Virus record (IMG/VR): IMGVR_UViG_3300032257_000060
Coordinates: 1-36,134 of that record
DNA from: a virus
Taxonomy: Duplodnaviria > Caudoviricetes
Strand: one strand, 5' to 3'
Length of the DNA: 36,134 nt
Made by a program: the position numbers and the translations under genes. Position 1 is the stretch's first letter. Each line of letters opens with the position of its first letter. Below the pieces are notes generated by a model, which was not told the DNA's origin, made no database searches, and worked only from the letters and a program-made list of their open reading frames with translations. Shown here one piece after another: positions 28,926-35,532 of the stretch.

Positions 28926-29933
28926 ATGCCAGAGGATAAATCAATGAACGTACTAGATTTGTTCTCTGGTATTTGACTCGGAGGCTTCGCATTAGCATCA
29001 CATCCACATGGATTTAAAACAGCAGCATTCTGTGAATACGACAAAGACGCCCAAGCAGTATTGAAAAAGCGATTTCCAGAAGTGCCAATAATTAACGATA
29101 TTAAGGAGTTAGTGTTTTGCCTAGAACATCTAAAAGAAAATCAGATGCTGCCAGAGAAAATCAAAAAAAAGCTGTTGCAGCGAGAGTTAAGAATGGAAAT
29201 GTTGAGTGCGTCTGCAAAAACTGTGGCAAGCAGTTCAACACACCAAAAAGCTACATTGCAAAAGGTGGCGGAAAATTCTGCTCTAACAACTGTCGATATG
29301 TTTTCAAGCGAGGAGACAACGGAGCAAACGCAGGGGGTGGGGCATGGATGCTCGGAGAAAATAACCCCAATTATATTGACGGCAAATCCTCAGAGCGGAA
29401 AGAAGGGCGCGTTAGATACGCAAAAGAACTCAACCAATGGAGAAGAAGGGTTTACGCAAGAGATGGATACCAGTGCCAGGAGTGCGGAATCAAGCCAAGA
29501 AAACAAGGGCAGCTTAACGCCCATCACATCAAGCACTGGGCAACGCACGAATCGTTGCGATTCGATATTAACAACGGAATTACAGTCTGTATTGACTGTC
29601 ACAAAGCAATTCATGCAAGGGGGAATTGATGTCGTCACAGGAGGGTTTCCATGCCAGCCAGCTTCAGTTGCTGGGGCAAGAAAAGGAAGGGAAGATGAGC
29701 GATGGCTCTGGAATGAGATGTTTAGAGTTATACAAATTGCACGTCCAAAATGGGTTATCGGAGAAAATGTATCTGGGCTTATCACGGTTGATGAAGGGCT
29801 GGCATTCGAGAATGTGTGTCTTGACCTGGAAAGAGAAGGTTACACCGTACAAACGCTTATTATTCCAGCTTGTGCCAAAGACGCGCACCACAGAAGAGAC
29901 AGGGTTTGGATTATTGCCCACACCAACATCTAG
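28926..29933 (+). CDS. C5-cytosine DNA methyltransferase, N-terminal (alpha) part with motifs I-VIII; in-frame TGA at 28974 and a ~170-codon insert
   Basis: GGAGGT SD then MPEDKSMNVLDLFSGI*LGGFALA...FCEYD...NDIKEL-[insert]-IDVVTGGFPCQPASVAG...DERWLW...VIGENVSG...HRRDRVWIIA. Confidence 0.85.
29117..29629 (+). CDS. HNH endonuclease with a Zn-ribbon, nested in an alternate frame of the MTase
   Basis: CKNCGKQF...KFCSNNC, GENNPNY, WRRRVYARDGYQCQECG...LNAHHIK...FDINNGITVCIDCHKAIH; AAGGAG SD 8 nt before TTG. Confidence 0.9.
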   Translation: MPRTSKRKSDAARENQKKAVAARVKNGNVECVCKNCGKQFNTPKSYIAKGGGKFCSNNCRYVFKRGDNGANAGGGAWMLGENNPNYIDGKSSERKEGRVRYAKELNQWRRRVYARDGYQCQECGIKPRKQGQLNAHHIKHWATHESLRFDINNGITVCIDCHKAIHARGN

Positions 29934-30423
29934 TGACGGCACATCGGGCGGAGTTATTGGAAAAAATGACACATATTATCAAACATCTGGACTGCCAAGA
30001 AAGATAACGCAAAACGGTGTTGATGGATCGGTTGGACTAGGCAGGCTTGTGCAAATGTGGCCAACACCTAACGCCGGAGACGATAGAGACAGAGGAAATC
30101 TGTCAAATCCTTGTATTCAAAGGCGAAAGGAAATTGGCAAGCAAATCATGTTGAGCCAGTGTGTTAGTGAAGAATCAGGCAGATTAAACCCAGATTGGGT
30201 CGAGCCTCTAATGGGCTATCCAGTCGGCTGGACTGATTTAGAAAAGGATAATGTAACGCATGAGATAACTGAGTTTGTTGGTAATCCTGACGATTCAGGC
30301 GAGCCAAGAGTAACAACTAGATCCGACTTAAGAGCCAAACGACTTAAGCAGCTTGGAAACTCAATAGTTCCACAGGTGGCCAGCGAGATATTTAAAGCAA
30401 TCAGGAGCATAGAAGATGAATAA
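29629..30423 (+). CDS. C5-MTase C-terminal (beta) part: target-recognition region and motifs IX-X
   Basis: LLPTP and WPTP repeats, GRLNPDWVEPLMGYPVGWT, RLKQLGNSIVPQVA; ATG overlaps the HNH stop (TGATG). Confidence 0.85.
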   Translation: MSSQEGFHASQLQLLGQEKEGKMSDGSGMRCLELYKLHVQNGLSEKMYLGLSRLMKGWHSRMCVLTWKEKVTPYKRLLFQLVPKTRTTEETGFGLLPTPTSSDGTSGGVIGKNDTYYQTSGLPRKITQNGVDGSVGLGRLVQMWPTPNAGDDRDRGNLSNPCIQRRKEIGKQIMLSQCVSEESGRLNPDWVEPLMGYPVGWTDLEKDNVTHEITEFVGNPDDSGEPRVTTRSDLRAKRLKQLGNSIVPQVASEIFKAIRSIEDE

Positions 30424-30535
30424 AAGAGAAATTAAAGAATTCAACCGAAGAAACAATTGGAATAAGTTAATCGCTGTGATTGCTGTATGTATCGCTATCA
30501 ATGTATTATTTGGCCATGAATGGTGGACAGGATAA
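30416..30535 (+). CDS. 39-aa single-TM peptide
   Basis: MNKREIKEFNRRNNWNKLIAVIAVCIAINVLFGHEWWTG; AGGAG SD. Confidence 0.6.
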   Translation: MNKREIKEFNRRNNWNKLIAVIAVCIAINVLFGHEWWTG

Positions 30536-30542
30536 TAAACAC

Positions 30543-30572
30543 TTGACACTATAAGCGCATGAGCGTATAGTG
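30543..30572 (+). promoter_or_regulatory. Near-consensus sigma70 promoter with an overlapping palindromic operator
   Basis: TTGACA-17-TATAGT; CACTATA...TATAGTG inverted repeat. Confidence 0.85.
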
Positions 30573-30602
30573 AGTATATAGGTTAATGAGGGAGTAAATA
30601 GC

Positions 30603-30776
30603 ATGACACAGCAAGAGTTTTATGATCTACCAGAAGTTCAGGCGCTAATAAACATTCAAAAAATGAATATGTACGGAAGCGATGCGCACAAGCAAGCGCA
30701 TGGCAAGATTGCAGATGTAGCCAAGAGGGAGGGCGTATTTGAGGAATATAGAGCCTCTGGTGGTTGTGATTATTAA
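30603..30776 (+). CDS. 57-aa hypothetical protein (missed by the ORF track)
   Basis: MTQQEFYDLPEVQALINIQK...GGCDY; GGGAG SD. Confidence 0.7.
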   Translation: MTQQEFYDLPEVQALINIQKMNMYGSDAHKQAHGKIADVAKREGVFEEYRASGGCDY

Positions 30777-30799
30777 TAAATCAATAAAAAGGAGTAAAC

Positions 30800-30991
30800 A
30801 TGAAGCATCAAGTATTTAAACTTCAACAATACGTCGACATCTACCACGACGGCAACAAAGCCTCATTTGGCAGAGAGTTCGGCAGAATGCCTCAGAGCGT
30901 AACGCGCTTGTTCCATAAGCCTGAGCAATGGGCTGTTATCATGGTTAAGCGTAAAGCGCTGTTAGTTCAAATAAGAGGAGAGAGCAAATGA
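30800..30991 (+). CDS. Small Cro-like HTH protein
   Basis: LQQYVDIYHDGNKASFGREFGRMPQSVTRL. Confidence 0.6.
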   Translation: MKHQVFKLQQYVDIYHDGNKASFGREFGRMPQSVTRLFHKPEQWAVIMVKRKALLVQIRGESK

Positions 30992-31485
30992 ATAAAGTAA
31001 CGCTGGAATTAACTGATGAGCAGTTAGCGAAAATACAAAAGATGCTTGCTGATGAGCCTATGTCTACGGGCGTTAGATGGAGGGCTGAGAAAGACAAGAG
31101 GTATTGGCTCATTGACGATTATGGTGATATATTCGGAACCGTAGACATGAGACTTTCATCAGATAATTACAGATACGATATAGGCAACTACTACAAAACA
31201 GAAGATGAAGCCCTTGTCGCTGAGAAGAAACAATTAGCTATGCAGAAAATCTTTGACTACATTGCTAAAGGCGATGCGGAAAAAGGATTGGTTATTGGGC
31301 GGAATAATAAAAGCCAGACAAGATATCGCGTATTTTACGACTCAACTCAGAACGCCTTACTGCTGAGCTATAATCGCTTCATTGTGGAAACAGACCCGCG
31401 CCTCTATGGGCATAAGGACGTTATCGAGCAATCAATAATTGACCTTGAGAGCGAGTATTTGATTTATTTTGGGGTGGAGCGATGA
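30988..31485 (+). CDS. Hypothetical protein
   Basis: RWRAEKDKRYW...DNYRYDIGNYYKTEDEA, a common phage motif. Confidence 0.75.
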   Translation: MNKVTLELTDEQLAKIQKMLADEPMSTGVRWRAEKDKRYWLIDDYGDIFGTVDMRLSSDNYRYDIGNYYKTEDEALVAEKKQLAMQKIFDYIAKGDAEKGLVIGRNNKSQTRYRVFYDSTQNALLLSYNRFIVETDPRLYGHKDVIEQSIIDLESEYLIYFGVER

Positions 31486-31835
31486 CCATATCCTGTAGTT
31501 GTGATTTTGAGCTAGATGAATGTAATTGGGCATACATACCAAAGATGAATTTAACTGCACTGAGTACCAAACGAGGAAGGCGTTGCTGTGGTTGTAATAA
31601 ACTAATAAAGGTTGGCGAAAGTTGTCAGCCATTGACAAGATTTAGATTGGCTAGAACAGAAATTGAAGAGAATATTTATGGGGATGAAGTCCCAATAGCA
31701 ACATGGTATAACTGTGAGAGCTGTTTTGACTTTTACGAGTCAATTACAGAGCAAGGTTATTGCGTAACCCTTAGCGATGGATGGATGGGTGATGCAGTAG
31801 AGGAGTTGAAACGTGTGGCGGAGGAGGGCGAGTGA
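31482..31835 (+). CDS. Cys-rich hypothetical protein
   Basis: RRCCGCNKLIKVG...YGDEVPIATWYNCESC. Confidence 0.75.
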   Translation: MTISCSCDFELDECNWAYIPKMNLTALSTKRGRRCCGCNKLIKVGESCQPLTRFRLARTEIEENIYGDEVPIATWYNCESCFDFYESITEQGYCVTLSDGWMGDAVEELKRVAEEGE

Positions 31836-32017
31836 TGACAACAACAGAACTTATAAAGATATTAAAAAAATTTGAACTGGGTGCTTGTGGTAGATCCAGA
31901 AAAGTATCTTTCAGTGTTGATGGAGCGTTTATTCCAGAGCCAGATATATCAATTAACAGTACAGGTACTGGAATTGCTGGTGCGGAAATCTGTTTACTAT
32001 TGAAAACGGGGAGGTGA
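31832..32017 (+). CDS. Hypothetical protein
   Basis: GGAGG SD; coupled. Confidence 0.65.
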   Translation: MMTTTELIKILKKFELGACGRSRKVSFSVDGAFIPEPDISINSTGTGIAGAEICLLLKTGR

Positions 32018-32020
32018 GCA

Positions 32021-32236
32021 ATGAACACAGCAACTCAACTGGCATCCCTTGACGTATGCGATATATACACTCAAGCAAAGGATAAAGCCGTTCAAATCGA
32101 CAAGAAAGGCAATAGATTATGCTTCACCTTCGAGGATGGATCTAAACTAAGGCTAGATTACTCAGGCGTATACGTTGAGCTAGTTGAGGATATGTTTAAC
32201 GATGATATTGCAGTAAAGCAATTTGAGGAGAAATAG
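32021..32236 (+). CDS. Hypothetical protein
   Basis: GGAGGT SD. Confidence 0.65.
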   Translation: MNTATQLASLDVCDIYTQAKDKAVQIDKKGNRLCFTFEDGSKLRLDYSGVYVELVEDMFNDDIAVKQFEEK

Positions 32237-32237
32237 A

Positions 32238-32459
32238 ATGAGTGATAGCTTAGAGAGCCTAGCTGAAGAAGATGCCCAATTTAGCGCAATCAGAGAACTT
32301 GCAAAAGGTATAGGGTGCGATGATTACGAATCAGCAGCATACGCTATTGAAAGGTTTTCTGTTGAATATTACGTTAATGATGAGACACCTAAAATGAGCC
32401 TGTCACTAGCAAAGAAAACATTTTTATCAGTAGGCGGACAGTTAACAAAGGAGAAATAG
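32238..32459 (+). CDS. Hypothetical protein
   Basis: GAGGAG SD before ATG 32238. Confidence 0.65.
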   Translation: MSDSLESLAEEDAQFSAIRELAKGIGCDDYESAAYAIERFSVEYYVNDETPKMSLSLAKKTFLSVGGQLTKEK

Positions 32460-32460
32460 A

Positions 32461-32706
32461 ATGAGCGTTCAAGTCTATAAAGAGCCTGAAGTAATAACTT
32501 CAAAAGAACTGAAGGCAGTAGCTAGTCACTTATTGAAGATGGCGAAAATCGTTAAAAAGAACAATGGAACATGCTTTGGAATTATTGAGTTCGCGCAAAG
32601 CGAAACTGTAAATAGCGAGAATAGCATTGTATCTACATTTTCAATGGCAACTGTAAAGGTAAGTGCAAGCGAACACCATGCCCGTAACAAAGTAGAAATA
32701 GAATGA
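32461..32706 (+). CDS. Hypothetical protein
   Basis: AAGGAG SD. Confidence 0.65.
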   Translation: MSVQVYKEPEVITSKELKAVASHLLKMAKIVKKNNGTCFGIIEFAQSETVNSENSIVSTFSMATVKVSASEHHARNKVEIE

Positions 32707-32719
32707 GCGAGCCAAGCCA

Positions 32720-33136
32720 GTGAAAATAACCTGCCATAAAATATCTGATGGATTTATACCTATTGAGCGCGACATTGACAAGATTCGCAAGATACCCAAT
32801 GGCTCGGTGATTGAGATTACAATCAAGATCGAGAAAAGAACGGACAAGCAGAACAACTGCCTTCATGGGTACTTAGGTCAAATGTCTACCAAGATGAACG
32901 AGGCAGGCTATGATTTTAAAAAGGTCGTTCAATTACCTGTTAGTTTCACAACGTCAAACATGAAAGAATATATGTTTAAGCCTGTTATGACTGGAATGTA
33001 TCCAGAGATAACATCAACTACAGAATTAAGCACTATTCAGATCCAGCAGGTTTACGAGACATTTAATAATGCTATGGGTGTAAAGTTTGGGATAAGCGGT
33101 AACTGGCCTGATAGATTTACGGGCGGTAAAGTGTAG
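32720..33136 (+). CDS. NinB/Orf-like recombination accessory protein
   Basis: KRTDKQNNCLHGYLGQMS...STTELSTIQIQQVYE. Confidence 0.7.
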   Translation: MKITCHKISDGFIPIERDIDKIRKIPNGSVIEITIKIEKRTDKQNNCLHGYLGQMSTKMNEAGYDFKKVVQLPVSFTTSNMKEYMFKPVMTGMYPEITSTTELSTIQIQQVYETFNNAMGVKFGISGNWPDRFTGGKV

Positions 33137-33167
33137 AACAAAAGGTTGTTTTATGCTAAGCTAACAA

Positions 33168-33226
33168 TGTTTCCAGTAGTACCCGCCCTTGTTTTTTACT
33201 CCTCATTTTGGCAAGGGCGGTTTTTT
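33168..33226 (+). ncRNA. Candidate small RNA / terminator hairpin with an anti-SD loop
   Basis: TGCTAAGCT extended -10 at 33154-33162; stem CCGCCCTTG/CAAGGGCGG plus T6; loop contains ACTCCTCATT. Confidence 0.55.
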
Positions 33227-33323
33227 AAGAATTGCTCGTGACAATGCGTTCTGGCCGTAAGGTGCGCGCATTGATACAGAAAGTAAGTCCGTTGAGTCAC
33301 GACAGCGGCAATCTGAGGACAAG

Positions 33324-33908
33324 ATTATCAACTCCAAGAAAAAATGTACCTACTGCGGAAAGTTCAAGCCATATGACCAGGTTATCAAAACCAACGTCGG
33401 CAATTTCTGCAATAATGACCACAGAGTAAAGTACGGCATTGAGAAAACTGACAAGCTACTAGCCAAATCCAGAGACATCACCAAGAAGAAACACTCAAAG
33501 AAAAAGCGGGAGTTAAATGCCAATAGCTTAAAAACGCGCAAAAGAGCCGCAAGAGAGGCTTGTCATGCCTACATAAGAGCTAGAGACGAAGGAAAACCTT
33601 GTATATGCTGCAACAGACCAATGACAGGACAAATCCATGCAGGACACTGGTTAGAATCGGGAAACAACCCTATAATCAGATACAATGAAAATAACATCAA
33701 TTCCCAGCTAGCTTACTGCAATACATACAAAGGCGGCGACTCAGGCGACTACGAAGCCAATTTAAGGCTAAAGATAGGTGATAGGAAGGTTGACCAGCTA
33801 AAACGCTTCAAAGGCTCTAAGATACGCGGTAAAGTGCTAAAACGAACCGCAGATGATTACAGGGCTATTGAGAAACACTATAAGCAGAAGCTAAAGGATA
33901 TGATATAA
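33324..33908 (+). CDS. ninG: NinG/Rap-family recombination endonuclease with a non-canonical start
   Basis: Frame open from 33261: INSKKKCTYCGK...FCNNDH...ACHAYIRARDEGKPCICC...HAGHW...RYNENNINSQ...CN; start inferred at ATT after a GAGGA SD. Confidence 0.8.
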   Translation: MINSKKKCTYCGKFKPYDQVIKTNVGNFCNNDHRVKYGIEKTDKLLAKSRDITKKKHSKKKRELNANSLKTRKRAAREACHAYIRARDEGKPCICCNRPMTGQIHAGHWLESGNNPIIRYNENNINSQLAYCNTYKGGDSGDYEANLRLKIGDRKVDQLKRFKGSKIRGKVLKRTADDYRAIEKHYKQKLKDMI

Positions 33909-33909
33909 T
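33901..33909 (+). promoter_or_regulatory. Extended -10 promoter
   Basis: TGATATAAT directly before the C4-like RNA. Confidence 0.65.
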
Positions 33910-33912
33910 GTA

Positions 33913-33963
33913 TGTGGCTAGGGCATGCAACCCGAAAAGCAGCAACACCAACTGCCTGCCACA
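33913..33963 (+). ncRNA. C4/c4-2-like three-way-junction RNA
   Basis: TGTGGC-TA-GGG(loop)CCC-GAAAA-GCAG(loop)CTGC-CT-GCCACA. Confidence 0.65.
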
Positions 33964-34001
33964 AACATGCTTATTGGTAATAATAGCTAAAGGTGATAGT
34001 T

Positions 34002-34604
34002 ATGAAAAATTGCATCAAATGCAACACTAGAAAAAAAGAAGAGCAATTCCACAAAGACAGCAGAAGGCCTGACGGTTTATTCCCATACTGCAAAAAATGC
34101 AGGCAAATACCAAGGAAGCCCGCAAAGTGCAGGCCGATTAAAGAAGTTCTTTCTAACTATAGAGTTGCAGAAAACGAGTGTTGGGAATGGAGTGGAACGC
34201 TTGACATAGATGGATATGGCGTTGCCTGCTTCAAGGGGGAGCGGCAAAAAGCCCATAGGCTTAGTTTTTCACACCATGTTGAACCAATTAAGCAGGGCCT
34301 AATTATATGTCACAAATGCGACAATCCTTCCTGTATAAATCCAAATCACTTGTACCAAGGAACAAGCCAAGACAACACTAACGACATGATAGCAAGAAAA
34401 AGGCAAAATCCGCCCATAGGAGAAAGGTCTGGCAATGCGGTTTTGGAAATAGAGCAAGTAAGAGCGATAAAGCACGACCCAAGAAGGCATAATAAAATCG
34501 CTATGGATTACGGAATAGCGGCATCCACTGTAAGTAGCATTAAGACTGGCAGAAACTGGTCGCGCGCATTAGGTGAGGCTGATAGAAATGCGAAAGCAAT
34601 TTAA
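34002..34604 (+). CDS. HNH endonuclease with a Zn-finger N-terminus and HTH C-terminus
   Basis: CIKC...FHKD...CKKC; CWEWSG..DGYG...AHRLSF...CHKCDNPSCINPNHL.QGT..DN.NDM. Confidence 0.92.
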   Translation: MKNCIKCNTRKKEEQFHKDSRRPDGLFPYCKKCRQIPRKPAKCRPIKEVLSNYRVAENECWEWSGTLDIDGYGVACFKGERQKAHRLSFSHHVEPIKQGLIICHKCDNPSCINPNHLYQGTSQDNTNDMIARKRQNPPIGERSGNAVLEIEQVRAIKHDPRRHNKIAMDYGIAASTVSSIKTGRNWSRALGEADRNAKAI

Positions 34605-34674
34605 CAAAGAGATTAGAGAGTTAAAACGTTATCTTACTCTCTAAAAAGCCGCTATGTATGACTTGGTTGTTATG

Positions 34675-34683
34675 TGATATAAT
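34675..34683 (+). promoter_or_regulatory. Extended -10 promoter heading the lysis cassette
   Basis: TGATATAAT about 30 nt upstream of ATG 34713. Confidence 0.6.
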
Positions 34684-34712
34684 TCAAGGATTAATAACGA
34701 TGGAGAACTGCA

Positions 34713-34799
34713 ATGCAACCTTTAACAATGGCTGGCGACGGCGGAAAGACTCGACCAAAAAAGACAACTAGAAAATCTAAACCCAAAAAGACAAAATGA
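34713..34799 (+). CDS. 28-aa basic peptide
   Basis: MQPLTMAGDGGKTRPKKTTRKSKPKKTK; GGAG SD; ATGA overlap with the next gene. Confidence 0.65.
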   Translation: MQPLTMAGDGGKTRPKKTTRKSKPKKTK

Positions 34800-35281
34800 A
34801 CACAGTCATAATACTATCTATCTTTGTTTCATCGTTTTTCATTGAAAAGCTGATAGATAAACTTGCATTGTCTGTTTTCTGTTTTGCAGTACTTTCATTC
34901 AATATTGCAGGGCACTACATACCTAATGAATACGGACAGTTATATTATCTGTTGGCCGCTATTGTCGATCTCTCGCTTATTATAATTCTTAGTAAGATGA
35001 GCGCGATAACCAGCCTAATCACCAAAATACAACAAGTGTGTAAAGCATTTATAGCTGTCAACTTCATTGGATGGGCTTTATTTATGCTGTATTATGAGCC
35101 GATATTGTATGAGATTATGTGCGGCGTACTGTACGCCTACCTATTAACACTAACTCTCGCAAGTAAGGAGCGCGGCGATGTGGGATATTTTACAATGGAT
35201 CGTTGGAGTCCTGGCTTTTTGCTCAATCTTTATAAGAGCTACAGGTTTGTGCAAGGCGGCAAAACGGAGAAGAGAGCTTGA
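34796..35281 (+). CDS. Polytopic membrane protein (about 4-5 TM)
   Basis: Several long hydrophobic segments; coupled at both ends. Confidence 0.8.
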   Translation: MNTVIILSIFVSSFFIEKLIDKLALSVFCFAVLSFNIAGHYIPNEYGQLYYLLAAIVDLSLIIILSKMSAITSLITKIQQVCKAFIAVNFIGWALFMLYYEPILYEIMCGVLYAYLLTLTLASKERGDVGYFTMDRWSPGFLLNLYKSYRFVQGGKTEKRA

Positions 35282-35405
35282 ATTACTTAATAGAAGGCGT
35301 GGCAAGAGCTGCACAGGATGTAAAGACGGCAGCCACAGTAAGCACGACAACTGCAACAGCGGGCGTGGCAACATGGCTGGAAATGATACCGACCGACATA
35401 GGTAA
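35178..35405 (+). CDS. Possible overprinted single-TM protein
   Basis: AAGGAG SD 7 nt before ATG; TM helix then a basic stretch; wholly overlaps two other genes. Confidence 0.35.
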   Translation: MWDILQWIVGVLAFCSIFIRATGLCKAAKRRRELELLNRRRGKSCTGCKDGSHSKHDNCNSGRGNMAGNDTDRHR

Positions 35406-35532
35406 GATAGCGACCATAGTGGGCATACTGCTATCAAGTGTTCTAATTATTGTCCATGTCCGAAAGGATATGCGCGAAACAAGAGAGCACAGAGTCAGAA
35501 TGGAGCGGCTGGAAAATGGCAATGACATTTAA
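35278..35532 (+). CDS. Putative holin/antiholin
   Basis: 84 aa, 1-2 TM, charged C-terminus, in the lysis cassette. Confidence 0.6.
   Translation: MNYLIEGVARAAQDVKTAATVSTTTATAGVATWLEMIPTDIGKIATIVGILLSSVLIIVHVRKDMRETREHRVRMERLENGNDI

Larger units (their letters stand above)
32227..32709 (+). repeat. Three copies of a gene-junction repeat with core AGAAATAGAATGAG (32227-32242, 32450-32467, 32694-32709)
   Basis: Exact 16-nt matches between consecutive copies at consecutive gene boundaries. Confidence 0.7.

Noticed and set aside
28974-28976. Genome-wide TGA reassignment or selenocysteine
   Set aside because: TGA ends many genes here with ATGA overlaps, no tRNA gene is seen, and the position is an insertion rather than a conserved Trp, Gly or Cys
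29118-29624. MTase insert as an intein because it begins near CLEHL
   Set aside because: No TxxH block, no terminal HN/HQ followed by C/S/T, and the nuclease is in a different frame
32227-32709. Junction repeats as a CRISPR array
   Set aside because: Repeats are 16 nt, spaced by more than 200 nt of coding sequence, and there are no cas genes
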